From positions 32,428-96,427 of the forward strand of contig CAYITD010000002.1 in the NCBI GenBank assembly GCA_964366325.1: a stretch of 64,000 nt of DNA. Reading direction: 5' to 3'. The notes under the pieces are model-generated. The model saw only the letters and a list, made by a program, of their open reading frames with translations. It was not told where the DNA came from and made no database searches. Shown here piece by piece: positions 18,264 to 26,965 of this stretch (within the stretch, counting starts at the first letter, position 1; the number at the start of each line of letters is the position of its first letter). A program made the translations under genes and the position numbers. This stretch comes from Candidatus Woesearchaeota archaeon. Its GTDB lineage: Archaea; Nanobdellota; Nanobdellia; Pacearchaeales; GW2011-AR1.

Positions 18264-18554
18264 ATGAGTTTAGCTGATTACATTAAAGATATATTTAGTT
18301 TAAGTCTAGGAAAAGTATCTAGAGATATTCAAGAAAGCATAACCAAAACAGTTACATCTCAAATCCATATTATTCAAAAAAATGTAATAAAACAGTTTAT
18401 AGGTCTCGCGGTTATAATCCTCGCTCTCATTTTCTTAGCAATTTCCGTAGTTTTCTTATTTATAGAATACCTAAATCTAAGCAAAACAATTTCATTTTTA
18501 ATAGTAGGAAGTATTTTATTATTCGCTGGCTTAATTGTCAGATTACTAAAATAG
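18264..18554 (+). CDS. Small two-TM membrane protein (YqjE/holin-3_6-like)
   Basis: 96 aa with two hydrophobic helices, immediately upstream of a DUF883-like gene as in yqjD-yqjE type loci. Confidence 0.4.
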   Translation: MSLADYIKDIFSLSLGKVSRDIQESITKTVTSQIHIIQKNVIKQFIGLAVIILALIFLAISVVFLFIEYLNLSKTISFLIVGSILLFAGLIVRLLK

Positions 18555-18566
18555 AAGGAGGTAAAA

Positions 18567-18788
18567 ATGGCTAAAGAAGGTATAAAAGAAAAAACAGTAA
18601 ACTCTGCAAGAATTGCAAAAGAGAAATTCTTAGAAACAAAAGATAAAGCAGAGAATTACGTGAAAGAGCACCCTCTAACTTCAATAGCAATTGCCGCAGG
18701 AGTTGGAGCAGCGGTGGCTATAGGTGTTAATGCTTTAATAAAACCAAGAAAGAGATCATTTCTAGATAAAATAAGAGATAGATATTAA
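18567..18788 (+). CDS. DUF883 (YqjD/ElaB-like) tail-anchored protein
   Basis: Charged helical N-terminus, then HPLTSIAIAAGVGAAVAIGV as the C-terminal anchor; AGGAGGT RBS. Confidence 0.6.
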   Translation: MAKEGIKEKTVNSARIAKEKFLETKDKAENYVKEHPLTSIAIAAGVGAAVAIGVNALIKPRKRSFLDKIRDRY

Positions 18789-18825
18789 TTAAAAAGATTT
18801 AACTACAATAATAATTTATTATTGT

Positions 18826-19440
18826 ATGGCTCAAAAATTTTATTTTATTGCTGAAAATTCCAGCAAAGAGAAGATTAAAACTGCTATAGTCTTTTCTGCA
18901 ATTTTAGTTTTAATAATTGTCTTTATTTTATTTTTTTCCGTAATACAATATCTCGTGCTCCAAAATCTGCCGTTTATAGGAGCTGCAGCGAATTCGATAA
19001 AAAAAGATTTAATAAACACAAGCCCCATTGGCCTTTTTTACAGCCATTTTATCGGAGGCATATTTTTTGTCCCCTCTGCAGATGAAGCGATTTTTTATTA
19101 CGGTTTGCTGACTGGAAACCCTCCATTTTTATCATTCACAGCGGCTTTATGTGGTTTTTTCCTTTCTCAAATATTAAACTACTTCTTTGGATCTAAGATA
19201 AGTTCTTTCATGCTGCCAATTATTTCAAAAAAGAAACTATACAAAACTAGAAGATATGTAAACAAATACGGGGCTTATGGCATATTTCTATTTAACTTTC
19301 TCCCTTTCCCTTCACCATTGCTTACTTTTGCCCTAGGCATAGCAAGATACAACAAGTATAGATTATTTTTAATCATCTTAATAAGTAAAAGTTTAGAATA
19401 CAGCGCTTTAATATTACTTTTTCTATTGATTTCTAAGTAA
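18826..19440 (+). CDS. DedA/YqaA-like (VTT domain) membrane protein
   Basis: Multi-TM protein with YGAYGIFLFNFLPFPSPLLTFALGIARYN, resembling the DedA/YqaA re-entrant motif. Confidence 0.55.
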   Translation: MAQKFYFIAENSSKEKIKTAIVFSAILVLIIVFILFFSVIQYLVLQNLPFIGAAANSIKKDLINTSPIGLFYSHFIGGIFFVPSADEAIFYYGLLTGNPPFLSFTAALCGFFLSQILNYFFGSKISSFMLPIISKKKLYKTRRYVNKYGAYGIFLFNFLPFPSPLLTFALGIARYNKYRLFLIILISKSLEYSALILLFLLISK

Positions 19441-19507
19441 AAGTTTGAGTATATTTCTCTATACAGTCTTCCAAATGATTTTTATACTTGAATATCTTAA
19501 CCAAAAC

Positions 19508-19999
19508 ATGTCTAAAGTACACCACGTAATAAAAAACGAGCTCACTTTAGAAAAAACTGTGAATCTGAAAAAATTAACAGGTAAAAATGTTTTATCAAAA
19601 GGCGGAAAAATCATAGGAAAAATTTCAGAAATAAGAATAAATCCTTATAATCTTAAAATTGAAGGAATTTTAATTAAAAGAGATATTTTTAGAAAACCTC
19701 TCTATATAGGCAAAGGCTACTTTTCACATTTGTCTCATGATTCAGTCATATTAAATATAGAATTGTCGCCATTAATTAAAGGAAGAAAAGTTATTACATC
19801 AGAAGGAAAAATCATAGGAAAAGTCAAAGAAGTTTTGAGAAAAGGAGATTCTAATGAAATAGAAGGTTTAACTGTCAGATCTATGTTTAGTAGAAAATTC
19901 ATTTTACCTTCCTCTGCAATTAAATATATAGGAAAATCAGTTGTCCTTAAATCAAAATATAATGCAAAAAAAAAGTACTTTTGGCAGAGACTTGAGTAA
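19508..19999 (+). CDS. PRC-barrel domain protein
   Basis: Two LxGKxVxSxxGKxIGKVxE-type repeats; start taken at MSKVHH. Confidence 0.6.
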   Translation: MSKVHHVIKNELTLEKTVNLKKLTGKNVLSKGGKIIGKISEIRINPYNLKIEGILIKRDIFRKPLYIGKGYFSHLSHDSVILNIELSPLIKGRKVITSEGKIIGKVKEVLRKGDSNEIEGLTVRSMFSRKFILPSSAIKYIGKSVVLKSKYNAKKKYFWQRLE

Positions 20000-20447
20000 A
20001 GCCATAACCTCTGAAGAAATATTAGGGAAAAACGTTATAGACGTTGATGGGGGAGTTATAGGTGTTGTAGAAAAAGTCTTTATAGATCCTATTTATCTAA
20101 ACTTCGCGGGAATTTCTGTGGATAAAGGTTTTATAAAAAAAGGAGTTTCTATAGGAAATAGCTATATTAGTAAAATAACCAAGCATGCAGTTTTCCTTAA
20201 TATAAGAGTAGCCTATGAAATAAAAGGTATGGTTGTATTTGATAAAGATGGAAAAAATCTAGGAACTGTTTATTCTATTGATCTATATGGAAGCAGAAAT
20301 AAAATAAAAAATATTCATGTCAGAAATAATTTTATCAACACAATTATGAAAAAAGAGTTAGTAATTCCTTATGAAAAAATAAAAGATATCGGAGAAAATA
20401 TCATACTTAATGTAACAAAGAAGAGTTTATCAAATCCTAAATTATAA
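19962..20447 (+). CDS. PRC-barrel domain protein
   Basis: ILGKNVIDVDGGVIGVVEKVFID and a second repeat (VVFDKDGKNLGTVYSIDL). Confidence 0.6.
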   Translation: MQKKSTFGRDLSKAITSEEILGKNVIDVDGGVIGVVEKVFIDPIYLNFAGISVDKGFIKKGVSIGNSYISKITKHAVFLNIRVAYEIKGMVVFDKDGKNLGTVYSIDLYGSRNKIKNIHVRNNFINTIMKKELVIPYEKIKDIGENIILNVTKKSLSNPKL

Positions 20448-20527
20448 AGATGTTCGAACATTTTGTCCCAATATTAAGACAAAATAGTCGACTCGTACAA
20501 ACCAATTGATCCTAAAAGCTCTAATAA

Positions 20528-20794
20528 CTAACGAGTAGATTTTTCTGCCATTTCAATAAATTTCTTAACCTGCTTCTTACTTCCACGTATAACTGTTTGT
20601 AATGGTCTAGCTGAACCTAACAAACACAAATCAACATGTTGAACTACGACTTCTAATCCTTCAAATTCTGGACGGGTGAATGAGAAAGTTTTACTATCTT
20701 CTCCAATTACAAATGTTCCGGCTCCACTTTCCACGAAACTGTCTGCATATTCCCTCAGATATTTTCTATCGAAATATTTTTCTTCGTATACCAT
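20528..20794 (-). CDS. Hypothetical protein (88 aa)
   Basis: Intact ORF with protein-like composition; no family recognised. Confidence 0.4.
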   Translation of the reverse strand: MVYEEKYFDRKYLREYADSFVESGAGTFVIGEDSKTFSFTRPEFEGLEVVVQHVDLCLLGSARPLQTVIRGSKKQVKKFIEMAEKSTR

Positions 20795-20913
20795 AAAATA
20801 GGTTGATAATATCTATTCTTAAATTTATCGTTTAAATTATTATAAATGATCCCAGAGAGAATCGCACTAAGATATTAGGCAGAATATCACCAATCTTATA
20901 ATTATAACAAAAA

Positions 20914-22083
20914 TCATTTATTCAAAAAATCTATCTCTTCCTCGCTCAAATCAAGTTTCTTAATAACACTTTCTTGCTTGATTATCGGCTTCAAAAAGCT
21001 AAAATCTCTCATAGCTCTCGCAGTAGAACAATGAACCAACCGAGCATACTTTTTCATGATGCTTTTCTTTTTTTGCATTTTTTGATTATTTATCCAGATC
21101 TTAAGAATTCTCTTGGGTCTTTCATAACTAGTAAACCCCTGTAAATTATGATCTTTCGCAAAAGAAATACCCGCACTCTGAAATATGTTTTGGTATATTA
21201 AAAACCTCCAAGACTGATGTCTATAAATTCTCCCTCTAAAAACGTCAGCAGCACCCAGAGCATAATAAGCTTTAGCCAAAGATTCATTTTTATACTCTTT
21301 AGGAATATTTTCCTCAATCCAAAGCAATATTTCATCAAGAGATAAAGAACTTTTATCAAACAAATCCAAAAACGGTTCTCTCTCTTTAAAAATTTTCCTC
21401 AAAATATTGAAAATATCTTCTTCAACATCGCGCCTCTCCGTCATATCAACTTCAAGATCATTCTTAGCGTAAGAATCAAGATCATTTAGAGCAGCCCTTA
21501 TATCGCCCTGAGATTTAATAGATATTTGTTTTAAAAATAGAGGATCCTTGCTTAAATTCTCTTTTTCTGAAACTCTCAAAAGTATAGAAATTATGCTACC
21601 TATTGGAAATCTAGTTATTTCAATTAACTTAGCCTTTGCCCTTACTGGAGATAATTTAGATTGCCAAACATCATTGCAAGTCATTATAATCGGAAATTTA
21701 GTCGACTCTATCACCCTTAACAATTCAGGAATGCCTCCTATATCAGTTCCTGTTACGCCATCAACCTCATCCATAAAAAGAATTTTACCCTTGCTAAACA
21801 AAGAGATTTGCTCAGCAGCAGGTTTCAAAGTTGTCTCTAAACTGGATCTATTCCTCAAATCAGACGAGTTTAATTCAAGTATCTCCAAATTGTTTTCCAG
21901 CGCAGCTGCTAAAACAATAGAAGTTTTACCAGTTCCAGAAGGACCATGCAAAATTAAAGCTTTTTTCTTGGGAAAATTCTTCAAAAAAAACTCAACTTCA
22001 GAAATAATTTTTTCCTGTCCAATAAAATCAGAATATCTTCTAGGACGATACTTCTCAGAGAGAGGTGTTTTGTTTAGCATCAT
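20914..22083 (-). CDS. rfcL: Replication factor C large subunit
   Basis: Start at MMLNKTPLSEKYRPRRYSDFIGQE, Walker A GPSGTGKT and DEVD box. It overlaps the rfcS 3' end. Confidence 0.85.
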   Translation of the reverse strand: MMLNKTPLSEKYRPRRYSDFIGQEKIISEVEFFLKNFPKKKALILHGPSGTGKTSIVLAAALENNLEILELNSSDLRNRSSLETTLKPAAEQISLFSKGKILFMDEVDGVTGTDIGGIPELLRVIESTKFPIIMTCNDVWQSKLSPVRAKAKLIEITRFPIGSIISILLRVSEKENLSKDPLFLKQISIKSQGDIRAALNDLDSYAKNDLEVDMTERRDVEEDIFNILRKIFKEREPFLDLFDKSSLSLDEILLWIEENIPKEYKNESLAKAYYALGAADVFRGRIYRHQSWRFLIYQNIFQSAGISFAKDHNLQGFTSYERPKRILKIWINNQKMQKKKSIMKKYARLVHCSTARAMRDFSFLKPIIKQESVIKKLDLSEEEIDFLNK

Positions 22084-23056
22084 TCCAAACTTCTCCCTTG
22101 CCAGCCAAAACAAAAGAAGCCAAAAGAGCCTGTAACTGAACAAACTCATCCGAGCCCTCAATCATCCTAAACTCAGCCTCCCCAGTCTTTTCAGTAAGTC
22201 TAACTTTGATCGCTGGCTCTATCTCAAGGTTCCAAATCTCCTTCTGTATAGCTTTTATAATATCCGTGCCAGAAATACTTTCTTTTAGCATAACATCTAA
22301 CATTTTATCTCTTGCATTTATAAAATCTCCAGCAAGAGCATAATCCAAAACAACACGCACCTCGGCAGGCTTAGCACTAGAAGAAATAATCCTGATCATT
22401 TCAGAACTAATATTCATAGCTATTGCAGCAGTTGCCTGTAAAAGATTTATAGCTCTTCTACAATCTCCCTCCGAAGACTCATAGAGAGTATCAAAGGCAT
22501 CATCACTTAGTTTCAAATCTTCCTTCTCAGAAATGATTTTTATTACTTTTATGATATCCTTCTTTTCTAAAAGCTTAAATCTAAATGAAACACATCTTGA
22601 TTGAATAGGATCAATAATTCTAGAAGAATAATTACATGAAAGAACAAAACGACAAGTGTTAGAATAATTTTCCATAGTTCTTCTCAAAGCCTGTTGAGCT
22701 TCTCTAGTTAAAGCGTCAGCCTCATCCAAAAAAATAACCTTAAACGGAACTCCTTCAATAGCCCTAGTTCTAGCAAAGTCCTTAACTTTTTGTCTAACAA
22801 CATCTATACCTCTCTCATCTGAAGCATTTAATTCTAAATAATTCTCTCTCCACCTTTCACCAAACAATTCCCTGACAACTATCAAAGCCAAGGTTGACTT
22901 ACCAGTCCCAGCTGGACCTGCAAAAAGCATGTGAGGTATGTTTAATGCCTGAACTAACGACCTAACCCGTTTAATTATTTCCTGCTGACCAACCATATCT
23001 TCAAATTTAGCAGGTCTATACCTTTCCGTCCAGATGTTTGTTTGTGACATTAGCAC
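22055..23056 (-). CDS. rfcS: Replication factor C small subunit
   Basis: WTERYRP, GPAGTGKST, FLDEADALT, SCNYSSRIIDPIQSRC; no intein. Confidence 0.92.
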   Translation of the reverse strand: MLMSQTNIWTERYRPAKFEDMVGQQEIIKRVRSLVQALNIPHMLFAGPAGTGKSTLALIVVRELFGERWRENYLELNASDERGIDVVRQKVKDFARTRAIEGVPFKVIFLDEADALTREAQQALRRTMENYSNTCRFVLSCNYSSRIIDPIQSRCVSFRFKLLEKKDIIKVIKIISEKEDLKLSDDAFDTLYESSEGDCRRAINLLQATAAIAMNISSEMIRIISSSAKPAEVRVVLDYALAGDFINARDKMLDVMLKESISGTDIIKAIQKEIWNLEIEPAIKVRLTEKTGEAEFRMIEGSDEFVQLQALLASFVLAGKGEVWNDAKQNTSL

Positions 23057-23111
23057 CTCTTTAACAAGTTAAAAAAGCAGGCAATATAAATATTGTTGTG
23101 ATTAAAAATTC

Positions 23112-23444
23112 TTAATTTTTATCATCTTGATCCAATCCATTATATGAAAGCGCCTTATTTGCAAGCATACCAAGAGTAAATCTCGCCATCATTGATGCTG
23201 GAAAAATTAAAGAAGGTTCAAATAAAGTATCATTTTCACCACGCGCATATTTATACATTCCAAGCACAAGACCCATAGCTGCTGTAAATCCCAATCCAAA
23301 ATCAACAAGCTTAGACCCTAAACTAAAAGACCTAGTCTTGTCATATTCTTCCTCAACTCCTTCTAGTTCATCCAAACTTCTAGCAATATTGCCCAAACAG
23401 ACAGAATCAACTGCACTAGTCCTAACCAAATCAATCAATTTCAT
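23112..23444 (-). CDS. Hypothetical membrane protein (110 aa)
   Basis: Intact ORF 8 nt downstream of the L41e gene, with hydrophobic segments. Confidence 0.4.
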   Translation of the reverse strand: MKLIDLVRTSAVDSVCLGNIARSLDELEGVEEEYDKTRSFSLGSKLVDFGLGFTAAMGLVLGMYKYARGENDTLFEPSLIFPASMMARFTLGMLANKALSYNGLDQDDKN

Positions 23445-23451
23445 ATTAGAA

Positions 23452-23568
23452 TTACAAAGACCTTTCTCTATGAAGTCTTCTCTTACGCTTTTCTTTCTTA
23501 AGTCTCTTTCTCTGCCACTTCCAACGCATTTGATTCTTCTTTTTCCAACGTCTTGAGCTTCTTTTCAT
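23452..23568 (-). CDS. rpl41e: Ribosomal protein L41e (38 aa)
   Basis: My translation is MKRSSRRWKKKNQMRWKWQRKRLKKEKRKRRLHRERSL. It resembles archaeal L41e (KRSSRRWKKK..MRWKW..KRL pattern, recalled from memory). It is below the ORF-track length cutoff. Confidence 0.7.
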   Translation of the reverse strand: MKRSSRRWKKKNQMRWKWQRKRLKKEKRKRRLHRERSL

Positions 23569-23680
23569 ATTTTCTATAGAAAAATTCGGTTTATAAAGAT
23601 TCCTCTGACATAAAATTAGAACACTTCCATAAATTTAAATACAAAAAACTACTCAACCTAATAAGAATTAGAGGTAACAA

Positions 23681-24136
23681 ATGAAAAACAAGAAGCTTAT
23701 TGCTTTCATAACGCTAGCTATATTATTTCTTCTATTTGCCATAAAACTTACTTTTTTCTATGTTCCAAAATGTGAAACGTTTGGATGCTTCATGAGTTAC
23801 ATGAAAAAGTGCGAAAGTGCTAAATTTGTAAATGATGATATAGAAGCTACCTGGAGATATGAGATTAAGGGAAACACAAATAAAAAAGAGTGTGAAATAG
23901 ACGTCACATTAATACAGCCAAAAACTGGAGACTTAGGAATTGACAAATTGGGAGGATACAGCATGACCTGCGTCTTTCAAAAAGGCGCGGCTATGTATCC
24001 TGAAAAGGATTTAGATAAATGTCACGGACCTCTTAAAGAAGAAATGCAAAGTATTGTTATAAAAAAATTACATACTTATGTAATAGAAAATCTAAACACA
24101 ATAGATAGAAACCTCGCTTCAGCATCCGAACAATAA
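23681..24136 (+). CDS. Hypothetical N-terminally anchored, Cys-containing extracellular protein
   Basis: Signal/anchor helix, then a soluble domain with 6 Cys. Confidence 0.45.
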   Translation: MKNKKLIAFITLAILFLLFAIKLTFFYVPKCETFGCFMSYMKKCESAKFVNDDIEATWRYEIKGNTNKKECEIDVTLIQPKTGDLGIDKLGGYSMTCVFQKGAAMYPEKDLDKCHGPLKEEMQSIVIKKLHTYVIENLNTIDRNLASASEQ

Positions 24137-24137
24137 A

Positions 24138-24863
24138 ATGAAGACAATACTTGTAAAGGACAAAAAAGAAGCGAGTAAAATTGCCGCCGAGATTATTTGC
24201 AAAGAAATTAATAAAAAAAGAGATCTCGTTCTTGGTCTCGCAACTGGAAAAACAATGATTCCAGTCTATAAAGAAATAACAAAATTAAGCAAAAGACAAA
24301 AAATAGATTTTAGAGAAGTAAAAACATTTAATTTAGATGAATATTTAGGCTTAAATGAAAAAGACAAAGAAAGTTTTAGAACTTTTATGAACAAAAATCT
24401 ATTTGGAAAAATCAACATTCAAGAAAAGAACATAAGTTTTCTCGATGGAAAAAACAAAGGAATAAAAAAAGAATGCAAAGATTATGAAAATAAAATAAAA
24501 AAACTAGGCGGAATAGATCTGCAAATCCTAGGCATAGGAAAAAACGGACACATAGCATTTAATGAACCTGAGAGTTCATTTTCAAGTGTAACGAGAAAAG
24601 TAAAATTAACAGACCAAACCAGAAAAGACGACTCTATTTTTTTCAAAGATAAAAAAACTCCAGAATATGCCTTAACTGTTGGTTTAAAAACAATAATGAA
24701 TTCAAAAAAGATCATGCTTATTGCATTAGGAAAAGAAAAAACTGAAATAGTAAAGAGATTCTTCCAAACTAAGATCACAAAAAAAGTCCCCGCAACAATA
24801 TTAAAAAAGCATAAGGATTTCACATTTATAATTGATAAAGAGGCATATAAAGGAATGAAATGA
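24138..24863 (+). CDS. nagB: Glucosamine-6-phosphate deaminase
   Basis: LGLATGKT, FNLDEYLGL and LGIGKNGHIAFNEP motifs. Confidence 0.85.
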   Translation: MKTILVKDKKEASKIAAEIICKEINKKRDLVLGLATGKTMIPVYKEITKLSKRQKIDFREVKTFNLDEYLGLNEKDKESFRTFMNKNLFGKINIQEKNISFLDGKNKGIKKECKDYENKIKKLGGIDLQILGIGKNGHIAFNEPESSFSSVTRKVKLTDQTRKDDSIFFKDKKTPEYALTVGLKTIMNSKKIMLIALGKEKTEIVKRFFQTKITKKVPATILKKHKDFTFIIDKEAYKGMK

Positions 24864-25453
24864 AAAATAAAGCAGTTTGTATTGTTGCTCATCCCGATGA
24901 TGAAACAATTTGGATGGGAGGAATGATTTTAAGAAATGAGAATTGGAATTGGACAATCTTCTCCCTATGTAGAGGAAATGACAAAGACAGAGCTCCAAAA
25001 TTTAAAAAGGTCTGCGACATCTACAAAGCAAAAAGCATAATAACTAATCTAGATGATGAAATTCTAAAACCTTTAAAGGAAAATGAAATAAAAAAGCTAA
25101 TACAGGAAAATTTAAAAGAAGATTATGATTACATTTTTACACATGGAAAAAACGGTGAATACGGACATATAAGACATATGGAAATACATCAGACAATAAA
25201 ATCGCTTTCTAAAGAGAATTTTTTTAAGAAAGCTAAGATAAATTATTTTTCCTACAAAAGTGGAAAAGAAAAGGCACCGCATGATAAAATTTTATCAATT
25301 CCAATAGCAGATAAAAAAGCCGAAATTTTAATTGTATTAAATCAAGAAGAATATCAAACGAAAAGAAAAATCATAGAAGAAACTTATGGATTCAAACATC
25401 CAATTTTTGAAACTCTGAGCTGTGGTAAAATGGAGGCATTTTCCCCAAAATGA
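24860..25453 (+). CDS. PIG-L/LmbE family N-acetylglucosaminyl deacetylase
   Basis: VAHPDDETIWMGG and HGKNGEYGHIRH metal-binding motifs; ATGA overlap with nagB. Confidence 0.8.
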   Translation: MKNKAVCIVAHPDDETIWMGGMILRNENWNWTIFSLCRGNDKDRAPKFKKVCDIYKAKSIITNLDDEILKPLKENEIKKLIQENLKEDYDYIFTHGKNGEYGHIRHMEIHQTIKSLSKENFFKKAKINYFSYKSGKEKAPHDKILSIPIADKKAEILIVLNQEEYQTKRKIIEETYGFKHPIFETLSCGKMEAFSPK

Positions 25454-26598
25454 AACTTCTTGTTCTATATCCTCACCCTCCAGAACCAGATGGCGTCAGT
25501 ATGCAAGGACATTATCTAATTAAAGGATTAAAAGAAAATGGCGTTGAAGTTTTACCTTGTGATCGTGAAAACAACATACAAAAAGAATGGAGTTATTTAT
25601 CTTTCAAACCAGATGCAGTTATAGGAATAGGTTTCTGGGCAGACGCTCCAGGACTAATACATAACCCAGAAGAATACGGTATGCTTGCTGTTCCTTGGTT
25701 CAATGCAGATGGGTGGGTTGCGAATTATCATGATGATCTAAACAGATTACCTCTACTAGTCGCAACAAGCAATTGGGTAAAATCTACTTACATAAGAGAC
25801 GGAGTAAAAGGAGATAATATTCACGTATGTCCAATTGGTTTCGATCCAGAATATTTCCACCCTATTCCAAGAAACGATGACAAAGTAAAAGAATTAAGAA
25901 AACTTTTGGATATCCAAGAAGATGAAAAAATGATTTTAACGATTGGAGGCGATGCCACAAGCAAAGGAGCCCAAGAGATGTTTAAAGCTCTTTCAAAAAT
26001 CGGAGACAAATTCACAAAATGGAAATATGTTTTGAAAGTCTGGGACAGTTTCTCCGCAGATGATCATGGCAACGAAGAAGAAAAATTAATTAAAGAATTG
26101 GCCTTAGACGAAGATAGAATTACATATCTAAGAGGAAAATTATCTCCTGAGTTTATAGGCGTTTTGTTAAATGCCTGCGACATTTATGCTGCGCCTTCAA
26201 GACTAGAAGGTTTCGGTATGATTCAATTGGAAGCTCAAGCCTGTGGTAAACCAGTTATCTCCATAAATGTAGGCGGACCAAAAGATACAGTAGTTCATGA
26301 AAAAACTGGCTTTTTAGTCGATGTAGAAAAAGAAATAAAACTAGAAAAAGAATGGGCATATCCTTGGATGGGTTTTGAAACAGAACATCAAATAGAATTC
26401 AAAGAGCCAAAGACGTTTGCATATAGAGCAAATATAGATCAATTAGCGGATTACACTTTAAAACTTCTTACCGATGATTCTCTAAGAGAAAAAATGGGAA
26501 AAGATGCCGCAGAACATGCCCTAAAGAACTTCCACTATAAAGTCACGGCCAAACGCATGATAGATCTGATAGAAAAACATGCGTTGAAAAAGAGTTAA
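25450..26598 (+). CDS. Glycosyltransferase family 4 (GT-B)
   Basis: PSRLEGFGMIQLEAQACGKPVI and TGFLV, the E-x7-E type region; ATGA overlap with the deacetylase. Confidence 0.8.
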   Translation: MKLLVLYPHPPEPDGVSMQGHYLIKGLKENGVEVLPCDRENNIQKEWSYLSFKPDAVIGIGFWADAPGLIHNPEEYGMLAVPWFNADGWVANYHDDLNRLPLLVATSNWVKSTYIRDGVKGDNIHVCPIGFDPEYFHPIPRNDDKVKELRKLLDIQEDEKMILTIGGDATSKGAQEMFKALSKIGDKFTKWKYVLKVWDSFSADDHGNEEEKLIKELALDEDRITYLRGKLSPEFIGVLLNACDIYAAPSRLEGFGMIQLEAQACGKPVISINVGGPKDTVVHEKTGFLVDVEKEIKLEKEWAYPWMGFETEHQIEFKEPKTFAYRANIDQLADYTLKLLTDDSLREKMGKDAAEHALKNFHYKVTAKRMIDLIEKHALKKS

Positions 26599-26602
26599 AA
26601 AA

Positions 26603-26938
26603 TTACTCATACTCTATCTTAATTTCAATTGCCTCAGGAGGAACAATCGGACCCTTGTCATTAAGTCTTATACCTTCTTTAAACTCATCTTCTAACTCTC
26701 TTTTTAAAACACTTTTAAAAGACTCACGGTCTAACGCCTCACTAGATTTAAATCTACGAACTCTTACACCATAATTAACAAGAGGAAAAGAATTAATTCC
26801 ATAATAAAATTGAGGGTTAAAATAATAAGCTATCATTTCAGTTTTACCTAAAACTCTAGCAACCTTGCTCGGCTTTTCAACAAGAGGACCTTTCACATAG
26901 ACAACCAAGCTAGCCAATGACATAATTTTCCTTTGCAT
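26603..26938 (-). CDS. Hypothetical protein (111 aa)
   Basis: Intact ORF; no family recognised. Confidence 0.4.
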   Translation of the reverse strand: MQRKIMSLASLVVYVKGPLVEKPSKVARVLGKTEMIAYYFNPQFYYGINSFPLVNYGVRVRRFKSSEALDRESFKSVLKRELEDEFKEGIRLNDKGPIVPPEAIEIKIEYE

Positions 26939-26965
26939 TCATGACTTAAAAAGTTAATTATTCCA

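Noticed and set aside
21548-22135. 195-aa plus-strand ORF, and similar long antisense ORFs at 8215..8544, 24482..24892, 42776..43222 and 62323..62895
   Set aside because: Each lies entirely antisense inside a gene with strong family motifs (RFC large subunit, glycerate kinase, NagB, ABC permease, HldE). Their composition is Ser/Leu/Phe/Ile-rich, typical of shadow ORFs in AT-rich DNA.
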